Origin: Paramoeba atlantica
Lineage: Eukaryota; Protista; Discosea
Length of the DNA: 64,000 bases
Direction: 5' to 3'
Assembly (NCBI GenBank): GCA_977017575.1
Contig: CDRNVI010000004.1
Location: 248,001-312,000 of the forward strand
Part shown: positions 46,207-55,572 of the stretch, one piece after another
How the letters are laid out: the number at the start of each line of letters is the position of its first letter
How positions within the stretch are numbered: the stretch's first letter is position 1
Notes under the pieces: model-generated
Told to the model about the DNA's origin: nothing
Databases searched by the model: none
Seen by the model: only the letters and a program-made list of their open reading frames with translations
Made by a program: the position numbers and the translations under genes

Positions 46207-49029
46207 TCAATGCTTTTTCTCTTCACACATTCTGCTATATGGATCTGCAGGATTTTCTTTTGATGCAATATATTCTGCCTGTACTGCAATTCCTTGACGA
46301 TTCAAATATTTCAACAAACCATACAACTCCGAAGTAATGCCATCAGATCCTGACACTTTCCTATTGATCGCTGCTAAACAGGATGTATTGTCAACAAATA
46401 AATCTACGCATGTATCTCGCTGAAAGTGATGCCCGTACTTCTCAAACGCCAAACGTACTGCCCGAGCTTCGGCTCGATTCACTTCGTACTTGAAACCCTC
46501 CGGCCAGGAGGCTCCGGTACATAAAACTTTCCCATAGTCGAGGTAAAGCACCGCCCCCCACCCGGTGGACGACGCATCGGTAAATAGAACGTGCTGATGT
46601 GGTACTGTATCAGGGTGTCGGACCGGGTCCACTGGAGAACAATAGATCAAGGAATCGCGCCACTCGGTCAACTTCACTCGCACTCGTAATGGTAAAGGTA
46701 CGACAGTATCCAATAGGCAAGGATCGCGATTTAAATGATTGATTCGTCGTCGGACAATTTTCAAGAATAGATGATATTGGGGAATCGGTATGCCCATGAT
46801 TGCCGAAGCAAAAATGAGCCTCCCAACACCGGCCTCCAGCCCAGAGTATGTGGTATGCATGTAGTTATCATTCTGAAGTCTTCGCGTTATCTTGGGTCCC
46901 AATGCAACTTTCCCTGATCGGTGGTGATAATTGACTCCATTGAATGTGTAGTTCTGCAAAGGTGGCACCCCAAGCTCCTTAAAACGGGCGTTAACTTGCT
47001 GCGCCCGTCGATCTATAAACGCGGCATATTCCTGTGTATTTTTGTCACTAGAAGCGTAACGAATGCCGTCGATATACACATCCAGACCATTGTGGGCAAA
47101 CGCCGATTTCTTATTACAGTAAGCTGGATCTCCCGCTATTGTCGCGGTTAACGAGTGCATCAACTCAGGGGCACACCGGTGTCCCATCGGCATCACATTC
47201 ATTTCATATACTTGCCCACTGCGGTCCAAAAATCTGAACTTCGCCCTACTTTCGGATGGAATCGCGACCTGAAAAAAACCGCATGCCAGATCACGCTTTA
47301 CCGCCGAGTCCTGTCGGGCTCGATGGAGATAATAGGCTGCATGTTTTACCGGTACTTGTGGCTCATAAACCTCCTTAATCCGCGCGTTGTCATCCCGGGT
47401 CCATGCTATAAACCGCCGGCGTTCTGTCTCGTCGTCAGCAGGCTCGACAACCGTGAATGGTATCACCCATTCCATCGTTGGGCGACGCTGTGCTTCCTCT
47501 GTGTTGACGTGTGACACAAATCCTGCGTCCACCAGCTGGGTTATATCCTTGTCGTGCAATAATGATTTACACGCCGGTGTTTTACTCGGAGTGTTTGGTA
47601 ACCGAGTTAAAATTTTCCATGTCTCCTGGAAGCGCTCACGTGCTTTTTGGTTCATTAACAGTTTAAGTCGCTCGACCTCCATCTGTGGAATATTTAGCTT
47701 CACATGCAAGGGCAACTTCCAATCCCCCTCCTGTGCCACCTTAGAGGTCCTCCTCGATCTCGTTATTGTGTGCTTTACCTTCTCGTGTGGTATATCTTCC
47801 AAAAACTTGCTAAAAATAACCTCGGGGCTCACAGTATCTGTAGTTTTGACGTGGCCTTCTGGGTACCAAGCGCCAAGGCGGTAGTGACTGGGTCCGCATT
47901 GTACCGCAGGAGGGACTCCAGGGATTGGTGCTTTGCGAGATGTTGCACCTCGTCGAGTCGGATTGTCCCGTTGGCTACCTCTGTGAAAAGGTGTGTGATT
48001 GCGCCCCTCTTCGCCGAATGCGTGCCGTACCCCGCCCCTAACCGCTCTCGAATGCGGGCGTCGACCTCCGTCACCGTTGATCTGGACATTGGCTGGTGCT
48101 GTCCCAACTGACTGATGTACGCGTGAAGGGTAGCGGTTCCGGGGCCCTCGATCACCGTGTACATGGAGGGTCGGTATGGGTTGAACCTGGAAGTCTTTGT
48201 TTTTCGCCCCCACCAAATCACTATTCTTAACGGCGTTAATTCGCGAAATTGTTCCTTCGTCAAACTTGCAGTCTCTGTCCACCGGCTGGCTGCTTTCCAA
48301 CAAAGCATCAAGGTATGTCTTTCGCTGCATGGGAGATGGTGCCATAACTGGTTCAGTAACGTGGGTGTCAAAGGAGCCATCTGGCGTACTGGCTCCGTGG
48401 CCCCTTCTGCCATCAGTGATTTTACATAAAATTTTAGAGGATTCGTTTCCAGGCCTGCGAGGCTTAATATAGAAGCGAGGCTGCGTGCGTACGTGAGCTT
48501 GCCCTGTACTCTGATGTTCATCGTCGCCACAAAAGTTACTGCATGTATCGCGGTAATTTCGATTGCCTTCCAATTGCAAAAGGCGGTTAGTCTTTCCCAC
48601 AACCTCGCCCTGCTTTTCCAGGTTGCGTTGCTCCACATCTCGGACATCCCATCTAGTGCTACACGGACCTCTTCCGTCACGTGAGTAATTCCCATTAATA
48701 ACTTCATCAACTTCATCCTTACTGGCGTAGTATCCACACTTAACATTCCTCCGTACAAACTCCCAGATCTTATCAATCTCCCTTTCAAGTCGCCTGCACT
48801 TGGTACATTCACCGTCTGCTTTTCCGTTTGTAACCTTCTCTCCCTCCTCCTTTTCTTTGCAACTTGCATATTCGACACACTTTTCCCCTTGAATATAATA
48901 ACACTGGCCGTTAGGGTGGGGCTTTTTCATAAGCTCTTGCTGCTCCCGGCAGGGCCAGCCACCCGCGAACGAAAATCCCGCTTTGGACAGTTTTTCCATA
49001 CATGATCGGGTGAACGGCACCCAAAACAC
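46207..49029 (-). CDS. YR1 RT/RNase H ORF (N-part overlaps YR)
   Basis: KRDLACGFFQV, PMGHRCAP, YIDG, FTDASSTGWG, NRAEARA, VDN, NPADPYSR; start uncertain. Confidence 0.85.
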   Translation of the reverse strand: MFWVPFTRSCMEKLSKAGFSFAGGWPCREQQELMKKPHPNGQCYYIQGEKCVEYASCKEKEEGEKVTNGKADGECTKCRRLEREIDKIWEFVRRNVKCGYYASKDEVDEVINGNYSRDGRGPCSTRWDVRDVEQRNLEKQGEVVGKTNRLLQLEGNRNYRDTCSNFCGDDEHQSTGQAHVRTQPRFYIKPRRPGNESSKILCKITDGRRGHGASTPDGSFDTHVTEPVMAPSPMQRKTYLDALLESSQPVDRDCKFDEGTISRINAVKNSDLVGAKNKDFQVQPIPTLHVHGDRGPRNRYPSRVHQSVGTAPANVQINGDGGRRPHSRAVRGGVRHAFGEEGRNHTPFHRGSQRDNPTRRGATSRKAPIPGVPPAVQCGPSHYRLGAWYPEGHVKTTDTVSPEVIFSKFLEDIPHEKVKHTITRSRRTSKVAQEGDWKLPLHVKLNIPQMEVERLKLLMNQKARERFQETWKILTRLPNTPSKTPACKSLLHDKDITQLVDAGFVSHVNTEEAQRRPTMEWVIPFTVVEPADDETERRRFIAWTRDDNARIKEVYEPQVPVKHAAYYLHRARQDSAVKRDLACGFFQVAIPSESRAKFRFLDRSGQVYEMNVMPMGHRCAPELMHSLTATIAGDPAYCNKKSAFAHNGLDVYIDGIRYASSDKNTQEYAAFIDRRAQQVNARFKELGVPPLQNYTFNGVNYHHRSGKVALGPKITRRLQNDNYMHTTYSGLEAGVGRLIFASAIMGIPIPQYHLFLKIVRRRINHLNRDPCLLDTVVPLPLRVRVKLTEWRDSLIYCSPVDPVRHPDTVPHQHVLFTDASSTGWGAVLYLDYGKVLCTGASWPEGFKYEVNRAEARAVRLAFEKYGHHFQRDTCVDLFVDNTSCLAAINRKVSGSDGITSELYGLLKYLNRQGIAVQAEYIASKENPADPYSRMCEEKKH
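47829..48878 (-). CDS. YR1 tyrosine recombinase
   Basis: WKAASR, K, HSAKRG, AKH, LLRY catalytic set. Confidence 0.9.
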   Translation of the reverse strand: MSNMQVAKKRRRERRLQTEKQTVNVPSAGDLKGRLIRSGSLYGGMLSVDTTPVRMKLMKLLMGITHVTEEVRVALDGMSEMWSNATWKSRARLWERLTAFCNWKAIEITAIHAVTFVATMNIRVQGKLTYARSLASILSLAGLETNPLKFYVKSLMAEGATEPVRQMAPLTPTLLNQLWHHLPCSERHTLMLCWKAASRWTETASLTKEQFRELTPLRIVIWWGRKTKTSRFNPYRPSMYTVIEGPGTATLHAYISQLGQHQPMSRSTVTEVDARIRERLGAGYGTHSAKRGAITHLFTEVANGTIRLDEVQHLAKHQSLESLLRYNADPVTTALALGTQKATSKLQIL

Positions 49030-50120
49030 AGCATTCCCGGTCTTCGGTATGGCGCAGGCGCGCGAGCTGGTGTGACGTGCGGAGTAAAATAACGCTGCGA
49101 TCCTTGAGGTACATACGTGGCGTATGCTCGAGATAAACGTTTTTCTCTTTCGGCCAGCTGATCACTCACGTGGTGGTAAAATTTATCGTTGGGACGCACG
49201 TCTTTTTGCATTTTCTCATGTACTAGCTCCACGTCCACGCGACGCGCACGCCAGTACGCGTCACGTAGCGATTGGATAATTGCTCGGCCCATCTCAAGAA
49301 AAGTACTCTGGTTCCACCCGGGCGTTTGTCGAGCCAGAATAATCCACTTGCAGAAAATTCCATTAAAATTACGCTCTTGCTGTTTTACGAAAGTACGATC
49401 TTGGAAGTACTGGTTAACTCGTAATCCAAACTCAGGTGCATCACGCAGTTCACGTATTAAATCCCTCGTTCGAAACCCACCCTCATCGAGAGACATAATC
49501 CACGGCTCAAATGTAATGGGCTCATAGGGATCCAGGGCGTTCGGGTCGAGAACCAACGGGGATGCATCTGTCGAAAATATCACTTCCGCAGGTTCCTCAT
49601 TAACACGAGTTTCATCGAGCGCGTTCATTTGCCGTACAGGTCGGCGCCCTTGTGTCGGTAACATCGCAGAGGGTACAGTTGGTTGAGTTCCTGGCGTGGT
49701 CGAAGGTTGTGTCGGATCTCCTGCTGTCTGTGGCCCCCCCTGGGCTGTCCCTCCCCTCGTCTCGGTCTGTGGAACCTCCCCTGGAAAATGGTGGATTTTT
49801 ACCTGATAATAATTCAGTTCCGCATGAGGAAAAGGATACTCTTTCGTGGGTTCATCTTCCCACACGGCCCATAACTCCAAACCTTCCTGACGAACTTTTC
49901 CGTACACTGCTTTTATTGATTCATTGGGCTCGTCCTTGCGGCGAAAAAAAGCTTGCACTGACACCGCCGGCTTGTCGGCCGGTGCCAAAAGAAGTCTCTC
50001 CCGGATCACTGCACATACATTGGTCAGATCGTGCGTCGTAAGCGGCTCGGTAGGCGCGAGCGGCTCCGTCACAGGAGAGGAACGTCGGGAGCTCCGTAAG
50101 CTCCGCGTCGAAGGATTCAT
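48927..50120 (-). CDS. YR1 gag-like protein with CCHC knuckle, ~397 aa
   Basis: CFGCRSPDHVWKNC; first ATG 50120. Confidence 0.85.
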   Translation of the reverse strand: MNPSTRSLRSSRRSSPVTEPLAPTEPLTTHDLTNVCAVIRERLLLAPADKPAVSVQAFFRRKDEPNESIKAVYGKVRQEGLELWAVWEDEPTKEYPFPHAELNYYQVKIHHFPGEVPQTETRGGTAQGGPQTAGDPTQPSTTPGTQPTVPSAMLPTQGRRPVRQMNALDETRVNEEPAEVIFSTDASPLVLDPNALDPYEPITFEPWIMSLDEGGFRTRDLIRELRDAPEFGLRVNQYFQDRTFVKQQERNFNGIFCKWIILARQTPGWNQSTFLEMGRAIIQSLRDAYWRARRVDVELVHEKMQKDVRPNDKFYHHVSDQLAEREKRLSRAYATYVPQGSQRYFTPHVTPARAPAPYRRPGMLCFGCRSPDHVWKNCPKRDFRSRVAGPAGSSKSL

Positions 50121-50361
50121 AGTTGCGAGTTCTGATCGCAACTTTCCTTTTGCGAAAATAGAGAAAAGCTACTAGTGTAATAATAAAGTATAGTACTGTA
50201 TAATTGATAATCTACAAATATACATGGTTCCCCCCAGAGGGGGCAATGTCACACTGAAATCAGATCATAATATTAAATATCATGTGCCCCGTAGGGCCAC
50301 GGTCAGATCTCATACAGAATCAAAAGTATCTTCTTTGATCAATTCTTTCCGTAAACTATAA

Positions 50362-51762
50362 GAACACTTCATTTTTATTATGGAATGCAGACGCAACATT
50401 GGATAAGGGTGATGCGTTCGTGTCCTCATTAGGCCTTTCTTTCGTCTGATTCGCGTCAAAAGGCGTCATAAACGCGATGTCCGGGGCATCTGGCCTCATG
50501 TCCGGGGCATCTGGCGTTTTTGGAGTCAAGAGTATGCCCGTACTCTCATCTGGCGGCGTGATAGTTCCGGTGGGCGTGTAGACTGCGGTGGGGTCCGCCT
50601 CGTCGAGCGCATCGGAGAATGGGTCGAAACTGTAAACGTCATAAACATAACCGTTTCCTACCCATTTGTATCCTTTAAATTTCGGATCTTTTGGGTCAGT
50701 GCACTGGGGATTTCGATCTTCCGACAGACCTCCTTCAGCTTCGGGGATGTTTTTATCCATGTTGTCCGAGTCTGTACCTTCTAGTTCATCACTTTTCTTT
50801 TCTGTTAGCTTCTTTGTTGGGGATTTTGAATTTACGAACTTAACTTTTATTTGACGCACCGGTGTAGACGTTGGATTTTTCTCAACTGGAGTGCAAGACG
50901 TATCCCTTGTTACCTCCCCCTGATCGTTCCAATTGGCATCATTCTTGCTCTGACTGATTCTTTTTTTTGCTCCTTCCTTGACTTGTAGCTCTTCCGGTGA
51001 TGCATTCTGACCGCGGTTTGAAAGTTCAGGTAGGGCTATGTTTGGCTGACTGTTTGCGATCGATGCTATGGCCGAAACAGCTGCCCCGCAGGTTTTAGCA
51101 GCCGCGCAACACGACTTCGCAATAATGGAACTCCACCCGTTTTCATTGTGCGGCGTTAACTTGTATCCTTCGGGTCGACGAATGCGAATTAATGAACTGA
51201 TTTTTCCTTGCCTCGTAGCGTTCGCTTCCTGGTCTTTTCTTTCCTTTACTTTTCTTTCTTCTTCTTCAATTTGTTTCTTCAACTGGTAAAAGGACATTCG
51301 AAAACCTTTTTTTGCATTCTTTTTCACGGTTGGCGGGGTACCCGGACGAGTGAGCGATGTATCTACGGGTGTGCGCGGGGGAGGTGTGCATGTTAAATGG
51401 TCCGGCCGTTGCGGGGGTGGCGATTGTTGCGGTGCTGGAAGAAAGAGCATTTGTTGCGGTGGTGGCGGCGTTTGTTGCGGTGGTGGTGGTGTTCGTTGCT
51501 GCAGCCGTTTCGGGAGTGGCGATTGTTGCGGTGGTTTTTGTGGTGGACGTTGCTGTGTTCGCGCCGATGGCTGCAGTGGTGGCTGTGGTGGTGGTGATCG
51601 TTGCTGCGGCGGTGGTGGCGATCGTTGTGGTGGCGGTTGTGGCGATGGCGGCGGCAGTGGCGTTCCCGCGGTCAGTTTCTTCTTCCGGCGTGTGGGTGGA
51701 AGCGACTGGACGACGGGAGCTACCCCCGTCTCCTTCGCCTTGGCACGCGTCAGCATGCCCAT
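50362..51762 (-). pseudogene. E/F polyprotein N-part (Pro/Gln-rich)
   Basis: Starts MGMLTRAKAKETGVAP like family B; continues in frame into 45351 after YR1 removal. Confidence 0.88.
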
Positions 51763-52241
51763 TTATTTGAAAAAGAGTAGGAAAGAAAACAACAACAATT
51801 CCACATACATTAAAAACAACTTGTAAGAAAACATTGTTGTAAGAGCTAAAGAAATATATCGCTGATATCCTGAATCTCATCCACTGCCTATATTTACTAG
51901 CTAAAGAATATTCGTATTATTGATGCAACTATCCGGATGTATATAGCGCGCAAACTATTTCAAAAGCATAATATAAAATTATAATACGTAGTGAAGGGGC
52001 TTTGCCCCCTGGCACGCAGCCACCACCCCGATCGCTCGTCTCCTCACAACATCCTGTCTCTCGTATATTAAATCGCTGCACGTTCCACATACAAAATTCC
52101 ATTGCGAAGCTGGCCAAGCTGCGAACGGAAGCTTGATAAACCTACATTTGATCATTCACTAAATATATATTTTTTTTTTTTTTTTTTGAAAGAAGAAGCA
52201 ATCTTTTTTTTTTTTTGTGTGTGTGTGTGTGTGTTTAATCT

Positions 52242-54959
52242 CTAAAAAATTCTGCTTATTGGGTCCGCTGGATTTAGTTTCGTAGAAATATAATGAGCTT
52301 GAATACATATTCCTTTATTCTTTAAACTCTGTAAAATGCTTTTCAATTCTTTCGCTATGCCATCAGACTTGCATATTTTCCGATTCAACGCTGCTCGACA
52401 AGACGTATTATCAATCCAAAGCTGAACGCAAGTCCCTTGCTCGAAATATTTTTGGAATTCTTCGAGGGCGAATCGCACCGCCGCCGCTTCTGATTTGTTA
52501 ACTTCGTAGGTCCATTCTGCTGGCCAAGGTGCGCCCAAAATCTTAACCTCTCCGCTATCCATGTACAGAATTGCTCCCCATCCTTTTGAGGAGGCGTCTG
52601 TAAAGAGTTTATGACGCGGAGGTGCAGTGGCGGGGTGAGGGGGTGCTCTTATCGGCACGTTTTTAATCAAGTCGTCACGCCATTGAGCTAAGATCACACG
52701 AGTTTTCATGGGAAGATCCACGATTTTGTCCTTTGCAAAAGGATGTCGGTTCAAGTAATTAATACGTCGTTGTACTATTTTTATCGCAAAGTGATATTGC
52801 GGGATTACCACACCAAGTATCGAAGAGCAGTACAGTAGACGCCCCACCGCCGCCTCCAGCTCTAAGAAAGTGAGTCTCGAAAAAGTATCCCGTTTCAATT
52901 TGCTCACAACCTTCGGTCCCAAGCAGACCCGGCTTGATGCGTGATCAAATTTCACTCCGTTGAACACGTATTGTTTCGTCGGAGGAACGTCCTGATCTTT
53001 AAATCGAGCTCCTGCCACTCGCGCACGCGAGTCAATAAAATAAACATACTCGTCTGCATGTTTTCTAGATCCGGAAAAACGAACTCCATCTATATAGATA
53101 TCAGTAGAACCGTGTTGATACGAGTGGGATTTTGAGCAATAATCTTTATTTCCTGCCAACGCTGCTGTCATGCAATGCATAATTTCAGGCGCACATCTGT
53201 GGCCCATGGGTAAAACATTCATTTCGTATAATTGCCCATCTTCTGCACGAAACCGAAACTTTGCTCGGGATCGTAAGGGTAAGCCAACCTGGTAAAAACC
53301 ACACATTAGATCACGTTTTACCCCCACCTCAGCATTTACTGCGTATAAATAACGAGAAGGGTGTAGGAGAGGAACAGCTGGTTCGTAGTCCTTTAGGCGT
53401 AAATTGTCTGATCGTGTCCATGAAATAAAACGTCTTCTGTCTTTGCCCGCGTCGTCTTTTTCAAGGACAGTGAACGGAACCATATATTGCATGGTCGGGC
53501 GTCGTTTGGCTTCTTCGGTAGATACCTTCGATATGACTTTAGACCGAATCAATGCTGGAATGTCTCCTGGAGCCAATGCCGGTTTAATGCAAGGAGCGGA
53601 CTCAGCTTTCTCGGGCAACTTGGTGAGTTCATCAAGAACGTACGTTAGCCTATCATTCTGTTGTTCCGTTAGCCACTTCCGTAATTTTTGAACATTCAAC
53701 GTCGGAATATTATCCTTTGCATGCAAGGGGATATGGTAGTCGTCGGTTTTAGCTAATTTGAAACTGCGCCTTGGACATAAAATTGAATACGATTTAAGGA
53801 AAGGAACCTGTTCGTAAAACTCCTGAACCATCACATTATCGATGCACCGGGGAGAAGTACTGACACCTTCTGAGTCCCTAACGCTCTTGCCGTAGTTATT
53901 TGGTTGGCGTTGTACCGCAGTAGACTTTCTACGTTCAAGTGCTTTGAGAGATTCATTACTTCCGATAAGTTGAGGTGGCCTTCTACTATTTCCTGAAATA
54001 GAAAGGTGATGGCTCCTCTCTTGATTGAGTGCGTGCCATATCCGTCGCCTAGGACGTCTCGAATATGGAGATCCATCTCCTGAACTGTCGCGGTGCTCAT
54101 TCGTTGCCCTGGTCGCAGGCTGCTTACATACTGAGCTATTTGGTTTGTGCCCGGACCCGTGATGATCGCGTACATGTACGGTCGGTACGGATTTAGACGA
54201 GTGGTCTTCGTGAAACGTCCCCAGTAGATTATTATTTCGTTCGAATTTACACTCAGAAATTGCTCCCTTCTTAGCTCGGCCGTTTCGGTCCAGCGTGACG
54301 CGGCTTTCCAGCATAGCAGGACCGTCATTGCTTGTGTTATCGACAGGCGTGTGCACAATTTTTGCAACATGGGAGGTGTTATCGGTTGCATTTGACGTTG
54401 TGGTTCCGTGCCCCCCTGGGCTTGAATCGCTTTTGTGAACAACTTCAACGGATTGCATTCCATCCCCATCAACGTGAAAACCGTGTGAAGAGCGCGAGCA
54501 TAATTGAGGCGAGTTGACGGCGCGACGCGTAGAGTCTGGAGATACAAAATGGCGGTTGCTGAATTCATCTCTCGGTGCTTCACGCGACAAAATTCGTTTA
54601 CGTTTTTCCATAGGCGTGTTCTGTTGTTCCAAGTCGACTTTGCCCACATCGGCTGAATCGCTTCGGTCAGCTGGACGGAGTCCGGATCGTCCGGATTTAT
54701 CCTCAGAATTGCCTGAGTAATGTTTTGAACTTGGTCGTGGGATACATCGCGACTGTGTTCTCGTTTTAGTCCTCTGACTGTTTGCGAATCTGTGCGGTGC
54801 GCGACACGTGTTTGAGGTAAGACCCTTAGTGGAATCAGTCGTGTGCAAGGATGCATTTTGGTCTGTATTGGGATACGAGTAGTTTTGGGCACACTCCGGG
54901 CACTGATTTTGGGAAATTTGGGAGAGCACCTCACGAACGAGTTTTGCGAACTTTTCCAC
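52242..54959 (-). CDS. YR2 RT/RNase H ORF
   Basis: KRDLMCGFYQV, PMGHRCAP, YIDG, FTDAS, SEAAA, IDN, NPADPISR. Confidence 0.85.
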   Translation of the reverse strand: MEKFAKLVREVLSQISQNQCPECAQNYSYPNTDQNASLHTTDSTKGLTSNTCRAPHRFANSQRTKTRTQSRCIPRPSSKHYSGNSEDKSGRSGLRPADRSDSADVGKVDLEQQNTPMEKRKRILSREAPRDEFSNRHFVSPDSTRRAVNSPQLCSRSSHGFHVDGDGMQSVEVVHKSDSSPGGHGTTTSNATDNTSHVAKIVHTPVDNTSNDGPAMLESRVTLDRNGRAKKGAISECKFERNNNLLGTFHEDHSSKSVPTVHVRDHHGSGHKPNSSVCKQPATRATNEHRDSSGDGSPYSRRPRRRIWHALNQERSHHLSISGNSRRPPQLIGSNESLKALERRKSTAVQRQPNNYGKSVRDSEGVSTSPRCIDNVMVQEFYEQVPFLKSYSILCPRRSFKLAKTDDYHIPLHAKDNIPTLNVQKLRKWLTEQQNDRLTYVLDELTKLPEKAESAPCIKPALAPGDIPALIRSKVISKVSTEEAKRRPTMQYMVPFTVLEKDDAGKDRRRFISWTRSDNLRLKDYEPAVPLLHPSRYLYAVNAEVGVKRDLMCGFYQVGLPLRSRAKFRFRAEDGQLYEMNVLPMGHRCAPEIMHCMTAALAGNKDYCSKSHSYQHGSTDIYIDGVRFSGSRKHADEYVYFIDSRARVAGARFKDQDVPPTKQYVFNGVKFDHASSRVCLGPKVVSKLKRDTFSRLTFLELEAAVGRLLYCSSILGVVIPQYHFAIKIVQRRINYLNRHPFAKDKIVDLPMKTRVILAQWRDDLIKNVPIRAPPHPATAPPRHKLFTDASSKGWGAILYMDSGEVKILGAPWPAEWTYEVNKSEAAAVRFALEEFQKYFEQGTCVQLWIDNTSCRAALNRKICKSDGIAKELKSILQSLKNKGICIQAHYISTKLNPADPISRIF

Positions 54960-55006
54960 GATCTCTTCAATCCAATGACACGAGTAGTTTTTGGGGTGGG
55001 GAACAA
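53831..55006 (-). CDS. YR2 tyrosine recombinase
   Basis: WKAASR, HSIKRG, SKH, LLRY; overlaps the RT ORF in another frame. Confidence 0.9.
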   Translation of the reverse strand: MFPTPKTTRVIGLKRSWKSSQNSFVRCSPKFPKISARSVPKTTRIPIQTKMHPCTRLIPLRVLPQTRVAHRTDSQTVRGLKREHSRDVSHDQVQNITQAILRINPDDPDSVQLTEAIQPMWAKSTWNNRTRLWKNVNEFCRVKHREMNSATAILYLQTLRVAPSTRLNYARALHTVFTLMGMECNPLKLFTKAIQAQGGTEPQRQMQPITPPMLQKLCTRLSITQAMTVLLCWKAASRWTETAELRREQFLSVNSNEIIIYWGRFTKTTRLNPYRPYMYAIITGPGTNQIAQYVSSLRPGQRMSTATVQEMDLHIRDVLGDGYGTHSIKRGAITFLFQEIVEGHLNLSEVMNLSKHLNVESLLRYNANQITTARALGTQKVSVLLPGASIM

Positions 55007-55009
55007 TCC

Positions 55010-55565
55010 CTAGTGGATTGTCCGTCTTTCGCTGCGCACCATTTGGTGGGAACGCGCAGCGCCACTCGCCACCCCCCTCTGAAAAATCTGAGTCAAAAGA
55101 GGACAGTTAGCACGTATATGACCTGGTTTACGACAATTATAGCAAACAGGGTTGGCACGGCGAGAAATACGAGTTTGCTTGAGCTGTTCCTCAAGCATCA
55201 TTTTCCCAAATACGTCATTGGGGTCTTCCACTTGATGGAGGCGTTGTTGAACACGATCGACTGGCGCTCCAGCAGCTGCCCAATAGTGCGTGCGTAACTC
55301 CTCGATCAGCATGGTAGCGATAGCAACGAAATCTTCTGTCCAGGTGCCTAGCTCGCGCGCCGCATAAATCCATTTGGTGAGGATAGTAAACAAGCGCTCT
55401 CGGATTGGGGGAGGGTTGAAGCGAACACCTAATTGAGGAGCATCGCGCAATTCTCTGATCAATTCACGGGGCTTGAAGTCATCTTCAGAGTATATATACG
55501 ATTTCCATGTCAAGGGGAAGATTACTGAAAATGCCTTGGGGTCTTCTACGCCCACTTCAGATTGG
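55010..55565 (-). pseudogene. YR2 gag C-half
   Basis: RELIRELRDAP as in YR1 gag; CYNCRKPGHIRANC knuckle. Confidence 0.88.
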
Positions 55566-55572
55566 ATAGGAT

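Larger units (their letters stand above)
45352..50364 (-). mobile_element. Complete tyrosine-recombinase retrotransposon YR1 (VIPER/TATE-like)
   Basis: A1 50138-50364, B1 45808-46015, A2 45584-45810, spacer 45560-45583, B2 45352-45559; three apparently intact ORFs. Confidence 0.92.
41712..51798 (-). mobile_element. CRE-like RLE retrotransposon family E/F (B-related), interrupted by YR1
   Basis: 10-bp TSD ttccacatac (41702-41711 / 51799-51808); ORF halves join in frame at TTC. Confidence 0.88.

Noticed and set aside
52160-52240. Separate insertion suggested by A runs and (CA)n behind the YR2 RT stop
   Set aside because: No TSD or homology seen; treated as simple sequence in the YR2 3' region
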